Source: an uncultured Chloroflexia bacterium
GTDB taxonomy: Bacteria > Chloroflexota > Limnocylindria > Limnocylindrales > CSP1-4
Length of the DNA stretch: 64,000 bases
Assembly: GCA_963826225.1 (NCBI GenBank)
Contig: CAWGWF010000001.1
Location: forward strand, 988,391-1,052,390
Direction: 5' to 3'
Shown: one piece after another, positions 18,069 to 27,815 of the stretch
Layout: every line of letters starts with the position of its first letter
Position numbering within the stretch: the stretch's first letter is position 1
Program-made: the position numbers and the translations under genes
Notes under the pieces: model-generated
Databases searched by the model: none
What the model saw: the letters and a program-made list of their open reading frames with translations, nothing else
Told to the model about the DNA's origin: nothing

Positions 18069-19598
18069 CTACTGGGTGACTGGGGCGTGATCGGGGTCGG
18101 GCGAAGGTTCGAGCGTGCCGGGCTTGAAGTTGCCCTTGCCCTTGACGCCGTTGACGTCGGAGGTGTTCTGCGCGTACTGGAGCGTCGCATAGGCGACGGC
18201 ATCGGAGTTCACGTCGAGCGCCGAGAGGTTGATGTTGTCGAAGGTGTCGCAGGCTAGGTGGTAGCAGGGGTCGTACTGGTCGCCCGCGGTACCGCCCCAC
18301 ATGGCGGCCTCGTCGGGCGTCTTGATCCCCTCGGCGCCGGTGAACAGCCCGCCGGCGGGGATGCCGACCGCGATGAACGGGCCGTAGTCGGACCGGCCGC
18401 TGAAGTCGGTGCCCTTGAAGGGGATCCCGCGCTGAGCGTAGAAGCGCTCGAAGGTCTTCTCGATCTCGGCCGAGCCCGCGGGTCCCGGACCGGCGCCGGC
18501 CCCGTCGCTGTCATCGCCGTCGTAGACGAAGAAGACATGGTTCGGCGAGCCGATCATGTCGAAGTTGAGGTAGAGCGTGATCCTGTCCACCTCCTCCGGG
18601 CTGAGATTGTTGACGTAGTGGGTCGATCCGACCAGGCCCGACTCCTCGGCACCCCAGAGGGCGAAGCGGACCTTGTTCCGTGGGTTGGCCTTGCTCATCT
18701 GCTGAGCCACCTCGAGGATCGCAGCCGAGCCCGAGCCGTTGTCCTGGATCCCCGGGCCGGCGTTGACGGAATCGAGATGGGCGCCGACCACGACCACGTT
18801 GTCCGGGTCGCCGCCGGGAGTCTCTGCGAGGACGTTGGAGGTGGTCGCGATGCCGCGGAAGGTCTCGGTCTTGAGGCGCATGATGAGGCCCGGGGTCGCC
18901 GCCAGCTGCTGGCCGACCGCCTGGGTCACCGACGTCACCGGGATGTTCAGCGTGAAGCCGTTGCCGAGTGTGCCGTTGAGCACTCCCGCGGCATTGTTGT
19001 AGATGACCACGCCCGAGGCGCCCGCGTTGTAGGCGTTGGTCGCCTTGATCGCGAAGGTGCAGGTGCCCCGGCTGATGAGCGCGATGTTCCCGGCCGGGAA
19101 GCCGGCGAAGTCGGCCGCGTTGCAGCCCCGGAAGTCGCTCACGGTGCTGACGGCTGCCGTGACGTCGCCGCTGCCCGAGTAGCTGAAGATGTTGTTCGTG
19201 ATCGGCCCGGCCGGCGGCGGCGAGACCTGCTCCAGGATCGACGGCGCGAGCGAGATGAACGTCTGGAACTGGAACTCCTGGACGGTCACGTCGTAGCCGG
19301 CGGCACGGAACACCGCTTCGGCATAGTCCGCAGACTGGTCGTAGCCGGGCGAGCCCGACACCCGAATGCCGTTGTTCGCGTCGGCGATCGTCTGGAGCGC
19401 GGCCTGGTGCTCGCGGACGCCCTCGAGCGTCACGCACTCGAGCAACTTCTTGAAGTTGTCGTTGGTCCGCGTGTCGCAGGCGGGGTCACCCGCCGACACG
19501 AGCGCCGCGGGGACGACGACGACCGCGGGCGCGGCCAGCACGAACGCCACGAGGATGCCGATCCTGCCGAGCCGTCGCCGGCCGGGATTGGTGCGCAT
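18069..19598 (-). CDS. Secreted M28-family aminopeptidase with an inserted PA domain (SGAP-like)
   Basis: Signal peptide, PA domain, M28 zinc ligands (HLDSV, DNGSG, EESG, FDM) and a C-terminal HLACDT motif. The ATG at 19598 is preceded by GGAGGAGGGG. Confidence 0.85.
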   Translation of the reverse strand: MRTNPGRRRLGRIGILVAFVLAAPAVVVVPAALVSAGDPACDTRTNDNFKKLLECVTLEGVREHQAALQTIADANNGIRVSGSPGYDQSADYAEAVFRAAGYDVTVQEFQFQTFISLAPSILEQVSPPPAGPITNNIFSYSGSGDVTAAVSTVSDFRGCNAADFAGFPAGNIALISRGTCTFAIKATNAYNAGASGVVIYNNAAGVLNGTLGNGFTLNIPVTSVTQAVGQQLAATPGLIMRLKTETFRGIATTSNVLAETPGGDPDNVVVVGAHLDSVNAGPGIQDNGSGSAAILEVAQQMSKANPRNKVRFALWGAEESGLVGSTHYVNNLSPEEVDRITLYLNFDMIGSPNHVFFVYDGDDSDGAGAGPGPAGSAEIEKTFERFYAQRGIPFKGTDFSGRSDYGPFIAVGIPAGGLFTGAEGIKTPDEAAMWGGTAGDQYDPCYHLACDTFDNINLSALDVNSDAVAYATLQYAQNTSDVNGVKGKGNFKPGTLEPSPDPDHAPVTQ

Positions 19599-19633
19599 CG
19601 AGACCCCTCCTCCATCACGCCCCGGCATCGTGG

Positions 19634-19667
19634 TCTCGCGCGGGGTGGGACGCGGCCCCGCGCGAGA
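19634..19667. terminator. Hairpin downstream of rarA (minus strand)
   Basis: The 12-bp stems tctcgcgcgggg and ccccgcgcgaga flank a 10-nt loop. It lies between the rarA stop and the aminopeptidase start. Confidence 0.4.
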
Positions 19668-19755
19668 TGTCGACTGGATGGGGCGAACAATGGCGAGCCT
19701 TGCGGGTGCCGTCCAGACCTTCGTCCAGGCGTTGCGCCCAGCGAACCGGCCGGGG

Positions 19756-21297
19756 TCAGGACCCGGCTTCTTCGGAGCCCCCATCGCCGGCGTCCCGGCG
19801 CTGCCCGTCGGCCATGGCGCGGCGGTTCGTTTCACGGAGCCGCGTGACCTTCGCCGCGGAGCCCATGCCGTCCACCTGGGGCCCGGGGACCGGGTTGCGC
19901 GGCGTCCGACCGCGGGCGCGGGCATCGTCCCGCGCCGCCTCCCGGGCCGCCATCCGTTCGCCGATCGTGCGCTCGTACCCCTGGTCCGAGGGCAGGTAGT
20001 AGCGGCGCCCGGCGAGCTCGTCCGGCAGGTACTGCTGGTCGACGTCGTGACCCTCGAACTCGTGGGGGTAGCGGTAGCCGACGCCGATCCCGTGGTGCTT
20101 CATCCGACGGTCCGCGGCGTTCCGCAGGTGGAGCGGGACCGGCAGCGAGCCGCGGTCCACGACGTCCGCGACGGCCGCCCAGTAGCCAGTGCCCGCCCGG
20201 TTGGACTTGGGCGCCGTTGCGATGTAGGCGGCGGCCTGGGCGAGGGCGTACTGGGCCTCCGGAAGCCCGACGTGGTCGAGCGCCTGGGCGGCCGAGATCG
20301 CCACCTGCAGGGCCCGTGGATCCGCGTTGCCCACATCCTCCGAGGCGCTGATGATCAGCCGGCGGGCGATGAACCGGGGGTCCTCGCCGGCCGCGACCAT
20401 CGCCGCCAGCCAGTACAGCGCGGCGTCCGGGTCGCTGCCTCGCAGGCTCTTGATGAACGCCGACACCGTGTCGTAGTGGCCGTCGCCGGCGCGGTCGTAG
20501 CCCAGCACCCGCTGCTGGGCAGCGGCCTCGACGTCGGCCAGGGTGGGGGAGACGGCGCCCCCTTCCGAACGGTGAGCCTCGTCCTCGGCCAGGGCGATCG
20601 AACCCTCGAGCACGTTGAGCGCCTGGCGCGCGTCGCCGCCCGCGAGGTCCACGAGGTGGTCGAAGGGTTCAGCTGCGAGCGTCACCCCGCCGCGCGGACC
20701 GAGTGGACCGGCCAGGCCGCGCTCTGCGTCCTCGAGGGCGCGGCGGATGATCGTGGCGACGTCCTCGTCGGCGAGGGGCTCCAGGCGCCAGACCCGCATC
20801 CGCGACAGGAGGGCGGCGTTGACCTCGAAGTAGGGGTTCTCGGTGGTGGCGCCGATCAGCGTGACGGTGCCGTCCTCCACGTGCGGAAGGAGCGCATCCT
20901 GCTGCGCCTTGTTGAAGCGATGGATCTCGTCGATGAACAGGACCGATCGACGACCCTCGAGGGTCAGCCGCTCCTGTGCCTCGGCGACGGTCGCCCGGAC
21001 CTCGGCCACGCCGGACATGACCGCGGAGATCGTGTGGAACCGGGCACCGACCGCGTCGGCAAGGAGCCGGGCGAGGGACGTCTTGCCGGTCCCGGGCGGA
21101 CCCCAGAGAAGCAGCGATGCGAGATGGCCCCGGCCCACCGAGCGGCGGAGCGGGCCCCGCTCGCCCACGAGGTGGTCCTGCCCGACGAACTCGTCCAGCG
21201 CGCGCGGCCGCATGCGGGCGGCGAGCGGCTGTCGTTCGGGGGGCGGGCGGAACAGGGCCTCGGGTCGGGCGCCGGGAACCGCGCGCCTGGTGGGCAT
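19756..21297 (-). CDS. rarA: Replication-associated recombination protein A (AAA+ ATPase)
   Basis: Walker [10 protein letters not shown], Walker B FIDEIHR and the MgsA/RarA C-terminal domain (PKSNRAGTGYW). Full length. Confidence 0.9.
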   Translation of the reverse strand: MPTRRAVPGARPEALFRPPPERQPLAARMRPRALDEFVGQDHLVGERGPLRRSVGRGHLASLLLWGPPGTGKTSLARLLADAVGARFHTISAVMSGVAEVRATVAEAQERLTLEGRRSVLFIDEIHRFNKAQQDALLPHVEDGTVTLIGATTENPYFEVNAALLSRMRVWRLEPLADEDVATIIRRALEDAERGLAGPLGPRGGVTLAAEPFDHLVDLAGGDARQALNVLEGSIALAEDEAHRSEGGAVSPTLADVEAAAQQRVLGYDRAGDGHYDTVSAFIKSLRGSDPDAALYWLAAMVAAGEDPRFIARRLIISASEDVGNADPRALQVAISAAQALDHVGLPEAQYALAQAAAYIATAPKSNRAGTGYWAAVADVVDRGSLPVPLHLRNAADRRMKHHGIGVGYRYPHEFEGHDVDQQYLPDELAGRRYYLPSDQGYERTIGERMAAREAARDDARARGRTPRNPVPGPQVDGMGSAAKVTRLRETNRRAMADGQRRDAGDGGSEEAGS

Positions 21298-21326
21298 CGG
21301 GCCGGCCGTTGGGTGGCCTGCCGGCC

Positions 21327-21734
21327 TCAGGCGATCGTGATCACGCCCGCGACGTCGATCACGAGCCAGAGGGCGATCAGGATGCCGAACAGGAGGGTGG
21401 CGATCCGGACGATGTCCTTCACGTCCCTCGCCACGTAGGCGTACTCGGTTTCGGCGCGGACGGCGAGGGTGCCGGCGGGTGCAACGTCGCGGACCGCCGT
21501 GCCGCGCTCCCGTGTCCGCTTGCGGGACTGCTCGGCGGCGCGTTCCTCCGCCAGCAGCTGCGCCTCAAGCTCGGCGGCGCGCGCGGCCTCCGCGTCGGTC
21601 AGGCCCGTGGGGCGGGGCGCGACGGGTGCGGCGGGCTTGGACGCCGCCGGCGCCGCGGCGGATGCCGCTGCCGGGCGTCGGGAGATCGGCCGGCGCTGGC
21701 CGGGGCGGACACTGCCGCGGGCGCGCTTCGCCAT
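21327..21734 (-). CDS. Hypothetical membrane protein (basic N-terminus, C-terminal TM)
   Basis: 135-aa ORF with an ATG start, directly upstream of rarA on the same strand. It has a coiled-coil middle and a C-terminal TM segment (ATLLFGILIALWLVIDVAGVITIA). Confidence 0.45.
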   Translation of the reverse strand: MAKRARGSVRPGQRRPISRRPAAASAAAPAASKPAAPVAPRPTGLTDAEAARAAELEAQLLAEERAAEQSRKRTRERGTAVRDVAPAGTLAVRAETEYAYVARDVKDIVRIATLLFGILIALWLVIDVAGVITIA

Positions 21735-21877
21735 GGCGTGGCTGAGGCCTCCTCGGTCGGGGCTGCCGCGGGCGCGGCACCGTCGGCGGCAGAGGATACA
21801 CCGGTCCGGGGACCGGGGCCGTGAGTGGTGCGAGAGAACCTGCTGGTAGACTCGACCCGCCCCGGACGGAGGACCTC

Positions 21878-22399
21878 GTGGACGATCTCAACGCGCTCGT
21901 GAGCCCATCGATCGGCGCCATCGCCGTGGCGCTCGGGATCGCTTGTGGCGTGCTGATCGTGGCGGTGGTGATCCTCTGGCGCCGCACGTCCCGGCTGGAC
22001 CGGCGTCTGCAAGGGCTGACTCGTGGCGCGGAGGGGCAGAGCCTCGAGGCCATCCTCGACGCGCACCTGGACAAGGTGTACGCGGTGGCCCGCGACGTGG
22101 ACGAGCTTGCCGCGCGCTCGGCTGTCCTGGAGGCGACCCAGCGGCGGACCCTGCAGCGCATCGGGCTCGTGCGGTTCAATCCCTTCGAGGACACCGGCGG
22201 CAACCAGAGCTTCGCACTGGCCGTCCTCGACGCGCGCGGCGACGGGTTCGTCGTGAGCAGCCTGCACGCCCGGACCGGCACCCGCGTCTACGGCAAGGCG
22301 GTCGCCGGCGGGCGCTCGGAGTCCAACCTCTCGGCCGAGGAGGCCGAGGCGGTGCGGCTCGCGCTGGCCACCGGGACGGGCGCGACCGGCGGCTCCTGA
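21878..22399 (+). CDS. DUF4446-like protein
   Basis: N-terminal TM segment and the conserved block RFNPFEDTGGNQSFALAVLDARGDGFVVSSLHARTGTRVY. I chose the GTG at 21878, which is preceded by GGAGGA. The ORF also extends to a GTG at 21821. Confidence 0.6.
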   Translation: MDDLNALVSPSIGAIAVALGIACGVLIVAVVILWRRTSRLDRRLQGLTRGAEGQSLEAILDAHLDKVYAVARDVDELAARSAVLEATQRRTLQRIGLVRFNPFEDTGGNQSFALAVLDARGDGFVVSSLHARTGTRVYGKAVAGGRSESNLSAEEAEAVRLALATGTGATGGS

Positions 22400-22453
22400 T
22401 CGCCGCGCGGCCGTGACACCGGAGCTGGCACGGACTCACGCCATCCTGGCGGC

Positions 22454-25400
22454 ATGCCCCCTATCGAGCGTCCCACGCGACCCGCTCCCCCTGTACGTCC
22501 GGCGCCCGCTGCGGGCGCCCGCCCCGTGAAACGCCGTTCTCCACGGGGTGACCCGGCCCAGCTGGTGCAGATCCCGGTCTGGGGCCAGGTGGAGGTGACC
22601 GCGGACGAGCCGGAGCCCGAGTCCGGGCTCGAGAGCCTTCTCGCCGGGTTGAACCCGGAGCAGAAGCGCGCAGTGACGCACGGCGACGGGCCGCTGCTGG
22701 TCGTGGCCGGCGCGGGCACGGGCAAGACCCAGGTCATCACGCGGCGGATCGCGTGGCTCATCGCCACCCGCCGAGCCCGTCCCGCGGAGATCCTCGCCCT
22801 GACCTTCACGGACCAGGCGGCGGACGAGATGCAGGTCCGGGTGGACCAGATGGTCCCGTACGGGTATACGGACACGGCGATCTCCACGTTCCACGCGTTC
22901 GGTGACCGGCTGATCCGGGAGTTCGCCCTGGAGCTCGGGCTGCCGACGGACGTCCGCGTCCTGTCGCGGCCGGAGACCGTCGTGTTCATGCGGGAGCGCC
23001 TGTTCGAGCTCGGGCTGGACGAGTACCGGCCACTGGGGGACCCCACCCGGTTCCTGGACGCGCTGGCCACGCTGTTCTCGCGGGCCAAGGACGAGGACGT
23101 GTCGCCGGACGCCTTCCTTGCCCACGCGGACCGGTTGGGCGCCGGCGCACTGGAGGCCGCACGCACGCTCGAGGCGGCCGGAGGGGACGCCCTCGAGGCG
23201 GACCGGAGCGCCGCGGCGGCGCTGGACGAGGACGCGCGCCGGACCCGCGAGCTGGCCCGGGCCTACGGCCGCTACCAGGCGCTCCTCGCCTCCGTCGGAG
23301 CGGTCGACTTCGGGGACCAGGTCGCCCTCGCGCTGCGCCTGCTGCGCGAGTCGCCGGCCGCGCGGGACGTCGTTCAGCGCCGGTTCCGGTATGTCCTGGT
23401 GGACGAGTTCCAGGACACGAATCGCGCCCAGGCGGAGCTGGTCGCGCTGGTCGCGCAACGGCACCGGAACGTGACGGTGGTCGGGGACGACGACCAGTCG
23501 ATCTACAAGTTCCGCGGCGCCGCGATCAGCAACATCCTGGAGTTCCGGGAGCGGTACCGGCATGCGAAGGTCGTCGTCCTGCGGCGCAACTACCGCTCGC
23601 GCGGCCCGATCCTGGACGCGGCCTACCGGCTGGTGCGCCACAACGACCCGGACCGCCTGGAGGTGCGGGCGGGCATCGTGAAGCGCCTGGTCGCGGAGCG
23701 CGGGAGCGAAGGGGCTCCGGCCGTGCGCCACGAGGCATTCGCGACCGGTGCAGAGGAGGCGGACTGGATCGCCGCGGACATCGCGCGGCGCGTGCGGGAC
23801 GGGGCGGCGCCGCGAGATATGGCGATCCTGGTCCGGGCGAACGCCACCGCGGACCCCGTCATGCGCTCGCTCAACCTGGAGGGAATCCCCTGGCGGTTCT
23901 CGGGGACCTCCGGCCTGTACGCCCGGCCGGAGGTCAAGCTGCTCCTCGCCTTCCTGCGCGCGATCGCGGACCTCGAGTCGTCGGTGGACGTGTACGCCCT
24001 GGCCGCGTCGGAGCTGTACCGGCTGGGCGGCGAGGACCTGGTCGCGATCGTGAACATGGCGCGCCGCCGGAACCGGTCGGTGTTCGAGATCCTCGACGAG
24101 CTTGGCCGCCAGCCCGGGATCCTGCGCCTCTCGCCGGAGACGCGAGCCTCGGCGGCCGTGCTGGTGGCGGACCTGCGGCAGTACGCCGCCCTGGGCCACG
24201 AGCGGCCGGCCGGCGAGGTCATGTATGCGTTCCTCAAGGGGACCGGCTGGCTGGGACGCCTCGCCGGCGCCGAGTCGGTCGCGGCGGAGGAGGCGCTGTC
24301 CAACATCGCGCGTTTCTTCGACATCGTCCGGGCGCAGTCCGCCCTGCTCGCGGACGACCGTGCGGTGTTCGTGGCACGTCACCTCCAGACGCTGATCGCC
24401 GCGGGGGACGACCCGCCGACCGCGGATATCGACCCGGACGCCGACGCCGTCGCCGTGATGACCGTGCACAAGGCGAAGGGCCTCGAGTTCCCGATCGTCT
24501 ACCTGCCCGGGCTCGTCACCGGCCGCTTTCCGGCCGTCGGGCGGCGGGAGCCGCTGGCCCTGCCGATCGAGCTGGTCAACGAGACGCTGCCGGAGGGTGA
24601 CTACCAGCTCCAGGAGGAGCGCCGGCTGTTCTACGTGGGCATGACCCGGGCGCGGGACGAGCTCGTGCTGTCGCACGCGGCGGACTACGGCGGCCAGCGG
24701 GCGCGTCGCGTGTCGCCGTTCGTGCTGGAGGCGCTGGACCTGCCGGTGGCCGCCGGCGCGGCGGGGGCCGGCGCGAAGCCGGTCTCGCCGCTGGAGCGCC
24801 TGGGAGGGCTGGACCGGACGGAGCCGTCGCCGGCCGCCGTCCGGGTGCGCGGGGACGAGCCGCTGATGCTCTCGTTCTACGCGATCGACGACTACCTGAC
24901 GTGCCCGCTCAAGTACAAGTACGCCCATCTGCTGCGCGTGCCGCTGGCGCCCCACCACTCGATCATCTACGGCTCCGCGCTCCATGCCGCCGTGTCCGAG
25001 TTCCATCGTCGCCACGCGCGCGGCGACGTGATGACCGAGGACGACCTGTATGCGTCGTTCCTGGGTGCCTGGACCAACGAGGGGTTTCTGTCGCGGGAGC
25101 ATGAGGAGGCGCGCCTGGCCGCGGGCCGCGAGGCGCTGCGTCGCTTCCGGGACGCGCAGCTCGCGCCCGGTGCGGTCGTGCCCGCGTACGTGGAGCGGGA
25201 GTTCAGCTTCCTGCTGGACGGGGATCGCGTCCGGGGGCGCTTCGATCGGGTCGACATCGTGCCACGCGATGCCGAGGGACCGGGGACGGCGCCAAGTGAG
25301 GGACCGGCGCCGGTCGCGGACGTCGTGGAACCCACCCTGGAGCTTTCGCCGGAGCTGGTGACGATCACGGACTACAAGTCCTCGGACGTGCGTGACCCCG

Positions 25401-25684
25401 CCAAGGCCCGGCAGCGCGCCAGGGACTCGCTCCAGCTGTCGATCTACGCCATGGGCTACGAGGCGATGACCGGTCGCCTGCCGGACGCCGTCGCGCTTCA
25501 CTTCCTCGAGTCGGGTCTGGTCGGGTCGGTGCCCGTGGACCGCAAGCGCATGGACAAGGCGCGAGGGTCGATCCGGGCGGCCGCCTCAGGGATCAGGGCC
25601 AGGGAGTTCGCGGCCAAACCTGACCGCCTGTCCTGCAACTACTGTGCCTTCCGGGAGATCTGCCCGGCGAGCGCGGTGCGGTGA
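22454..25684 (+). CDS. UvrD/PcrA-type DNA helicase with a C-terminal Fe-S PD-(D/E)XK (RecB/AddB/Cas4-like) nuclease domain
   Basis: Helicase motif I (VVAGAGTGKT), motif II (VDEFQD) and a 2B region. The C-terminus has a DYK nuclease motif (ITDYKSSD) and a four-Cys cluster (TCPLKY ... CNYCAFREIC). It is 1076 aa. Confidence 0.85.
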   Translation: MPPIERPTRPAPPVRPAPAAGARPVKRRSPRGDPAQLVQIPVWGQVEVTADEPEPESGLESLLAGLNPEQKRAVTHGDGPLLVVAGAGTGKTQVITRRIAWLIATRRARPAEILALTFTDQAADEMQVRVDQMVPYGYTDTAISTFHAFGDRLIREFALELGLPTDVRVLSRPETVVFMRERLFELGLDEYRPLGDPTRFLDALATLFSRAKDEDVSPDAFLAHADRLGAGALEAARTLEAAGGDALEADRSAAAALDEDARRTRELARAYGRYQALLASVGAVDFGDQVALALRLLRESPAARDVVQRRFRYVLVDEFQDTNRAQAELVALVAQRHRNVTVVGDDDQSIYKFRGAAISNILEFRERYRHAKVVVLRRNYRSRGPILDAAYRLVRHNDPDRLEVRAGIVKRLVAERGSEGAPAVRHEAFATGAEEADWIAADIARRVRDGAAPRDMAILVRANATADPVMRSLNLEGIPWRFSGTSGLYARPEVKLLLAFLRAIADLESSVDVYALAASELYRLGGEDLVAIVNMARRRNRSVFEILDELGRQPGILRLSPETRASAAVLVADLRQYAALGHERPAGEVMYAFLKGTGWLGRLAGAESVAAEEALSNIARFFDIVRAQSALLADDRAVFVARHLQTLIAAGDDPPTADIDPDADAVAVMTVHKAKGLEFPIVYLPGLVTGRFPAVGRREPLALPIELVNETLPEGDYQLQEERRLFYVGMTRARDELVLSHAADYGGQRARRVSPFVLEALDLPVAAGAAGAGAKPVSPLERLGGLDRTEPSPAAVRVRGDEPLMLSFYAIDDYLTCPLKYKYAHLLRVPLAPHHSIIYGSALHAAVSEFHRRHARGDVMTEDDLYASFLGAWTNEGFLSREHEEARLAAGREALRRFRDAQLAPGAVVPAYVEREFSFLLDGDRVRGRFDRVDIVPRDAEGPGTAPSEGPAPVADVVEPTLELSPELVTITDYKSSDVRDPAKARQRARDSLQLSIYAMGYEAMTGRLPDAVALHFLESGLVGSVPVDRKRMDKARGSIRAAASGIRAREFAAKPDRLSCNYCAFREICPASAVR

Positions 25685-26571
25685 CCGTGGCGCCGCTGCC
25701 GCCCGATGCCCGCGCGGCGATCGACGCCGTGCTGGACGCGGCCGCCGGCGGGGCGGTGGTCGAGGCGGACAACCTGGAGGTGATGCGCGCGTTGCCTGCG
25801 GGCGTGGTGGACCTCGTCTACGCGGATCCGCCGTTCGCGAGCGGCCGGTCTCGGCGCCTGGCCTCGATCCGGACCGGGACGGGTCGTCGGACCCGGCGCG
25901 GGTTTGGGGGTCGCGAGTACCGCTACGAGGTGGTGAGCGACCTCGCCTGGCAGGACGACCTCCCACTGGACGAGCATCTCGACGCGCTCCGCGTCAGGTT
26001 GATGGAGATCCGCCGTGTCCTCGCGGACCACGGATCGCTGTACCTCCACCTGGACTGGCGCACGGTTCACCACGTCCGCCTGCTGCTGGACGAGGTGTTC
26101 GGCGCCCAGCGGTTCCTGAACGAGCTCGTGTGGGCCTACGACTTCGGCGGCCGGTCCACTGACCGGTGGCCGCGCAAGCACGACACGATCCTGTGGTACG
26201 CGAAGGGGGACCGCTGGCTGTTCGACCGCGACGCGATCGACCGGATCCCGTACCTTGCTCCCGGGCTGGTGGGACCGGAGAAGGCGGCGCGCGGCAAGCT
26301 GCCGACGGACGTTTGGTGGATGACCATCGTCCCGCCGGGATCCGCAGAGCGGACCGGCTACCCCACCCAGAAGCCGGTGCGGCTCCTGGAGCGGATCGTG
26401 GCTGCCTCCAGCCGCCCGGGGGATCTCGTGCTGGACCCCTACGGGGGCAGCGGGACGACCGGGGTTGCCGCCGCCCGGGCCGGCCGCCGGTGGCTGCTGG
26501 TGGACCGGAATCCGGCGGCGGTGGCGATCGCCCGGGCCCGGCTCGCCGCGGAGCAGGCAGGCGGAACGTGA
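25681..26571 (+). CDS. Beta-class DNA methyltransferase (N6-adenine/N4-cytosine type, PF01555-like)
   Basis: Motif IV DPPF comes before motif I (DPYGGSGTT) and the FxGxG-like segment. The GTG start overlaps the helicase stop (GTGA). Confidence 0.8.
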   Translation: MTVAPLPPDARAAIDAVLDAAAGGAVVEADNLEVMRALPAGVVDLVYADPPFASGRSRRLASIRTGTGRRTRRGFGGREYRYEVVSDLAWQDDLPLDEHLDALRVRLMEIRRVLADHGSLYLHLDWRTVHHVRLLLDEVFGAQRFLNELVWAYDFGGRSTDRWPRKHDTILWYAKGDRWLFDRDAIDRIPYLAPGLVGPEKAARGKLPTDVWWMTIVPPGSAERTGYPTQKPVRLLERIVAASSRPGDLVLDPYGGSGTTGVAAARAGRRWLLVDRNPAAVAIARARLAAEQAGGT

Positions 26572-27347
26572 TCGAGGCGATCACGTTCGACTTCGGGAAC
26601 ACGCTGGTGCCGGTGGCCGGCCCCGGACTCCGAGGCGTGGTCTCCGCCACGGCGAACGAGATGGCAGTGCGACTCGGCCCATTCGACAGGGAGGCCGTCC
26701 TGGCGGCCTGGGCCGAGGAGCGCGAGCGGCAGTTCCGCGAGGAGGTGCCTCGGTTCCGGGAGGTGGACCTGGGCGAGCGGATCGTGCGAGTGCTGGCCCG
26801 CCTGCGCGGGATGCAGCCGCCACCCGCCGATGTGCCCTGGGACCAGGTGGCCGCCGCCCGCCTGAGTGAGCCCGAGGAGGTGGCCTGGATGATCGAGGTC
26901 TACTCGCGGGCATTCGTGGACGCGCTGCCGCCGCGCCCGGAGGTGGGCGACCTGCTGGCGCGGCTCGCGCTCCGCCACCGGCTGGCGATCCTGTCCAACT
27001 GGCCGCTTGCGGCGACCATCGACCGGTATGCCGAGGCCGCCGGCTGGATGCCGGCCCTGTCGGCGATCGTCGTCTCCCAGCGGGTGGGGGCGATCAAGCC
27101 GCACCCCGCCATCTTCGCTGCCGCCCGGGCGGCGCTCGGCGACCCGCCGCCGGGCAGCATCCTGCACGTCGGCGACGACTGGGCGGCCGATGTGGTGGGC
27201 GCCAAGGGCGCAGGCTGGCGGGCCGCCTACCTGACGGGGAGGCCGGACGACTCGCCGCTCCCCGGCAGCGAGCGGGACGGCTCAGTCAGCCCGGACCTCG
27301 AGATCGCGAGCCTCGAGGACCTCGAAGTGGCCCTCGCGCGCCCGTAG
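26568..27347 (+). CDS. HAD-superfamily hydrolase
   Basis: Motif I DxG (ITFDFGNT), motif III (K-loop) and GDD (VGDDWAADV). The GTG start overlaps the methyltransferase stop. Confidence 0.75.
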   Translation: MIEAITFDFGNTLVPVAGPGLRGVVSATANEMAVRLGPFDREAVLAAWAEERERQFREEVPRFREVDLGERIVRVLARLRGMQPPPADVPWDQVAAARLSEPEEVAWMIEVYSRAFVDALPPRPEVGDLLARLALRHRLAILSNWPLAATIDRYAEAAGWMPALSAIVVSQRVGAIKPHPAIFAAARAALGDPPPGSILHVGDDWAADVVGAKGAGWRAAYLTGRPDDSPLPGSERDGSVSPDLEIASLEDLEVALARP

Positions 27348-27432
27348 CCCGTCCTTCGGCGCAGGACCACGCTGGGCTCCGATCCTGGTCCGGCGACGCC
27401 GTGTCCTGCCCGGTCGGTAGACTCGACGGCTG

Positions 27433-27807
27433 ATGGAGACTCGCGACCGCATCGTCAACCTCGCGCTGCTGACCGCCGCGGGTCTCGCCTGGATCCTGGT
27501 GGCGCTCGTGGTGACGACTCGCGATCCCTATCAGGACCCGATGGCCGGCTACCTCGGGGCGCTGCTGATCGGCTTGGCCGCGGGCTTGGCGGCCGTTCCG
27601 CTCGCGTGGCTGGTCGTGTTCGGCCGGCACCGGCGGATCGCCTACCAGGGCGCCTGGATCCGGGCCACCAGGCGCGGGGCGTGGATCGGGCTGTTCGTCT
27701 CGGTGGTCGTTGTCCTGCGCCTCGTGGACGCGTTCCAGCTGCCCATCATCCTGTTCCTCGCCGCCATCTTCGTGGTCGCCGAGGTCACGCTCTCGGCCGA
27801 GCGCTAG
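27433..27807 (+). CDS. Hypothetical small membrane protein
   Basis: 124 aa with three or four TM helices, an ATG start and GC3-biased codons. Confidence 0.45.
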   Translation: METRDRIVNLALLTAAGLAWILVALVVTTRDPYQDPMAGYLGALLIGLAAGLAAVPLAWLVVFGRHRRIAYQGAWIRATRRGAWIGLFVSVVVVLRLVDAFQLPIILFLAAIFVVAEVTLSAER

Positions 27808-27815
27808 GAGGACCC

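Noticed and set aside
22436-25501. 1021-aa ORF on the minus strand opposite the helicase-nuclease gene
   Set aside because: It is a shadow ORF of the kind expected at this GC content. It has no recognisable motifs and an Arg/Pro/Gly-rich composition. The plus strand carries unambiguous UvrD and nuclease motifs, and its junctions overlap the neighbouring genes.
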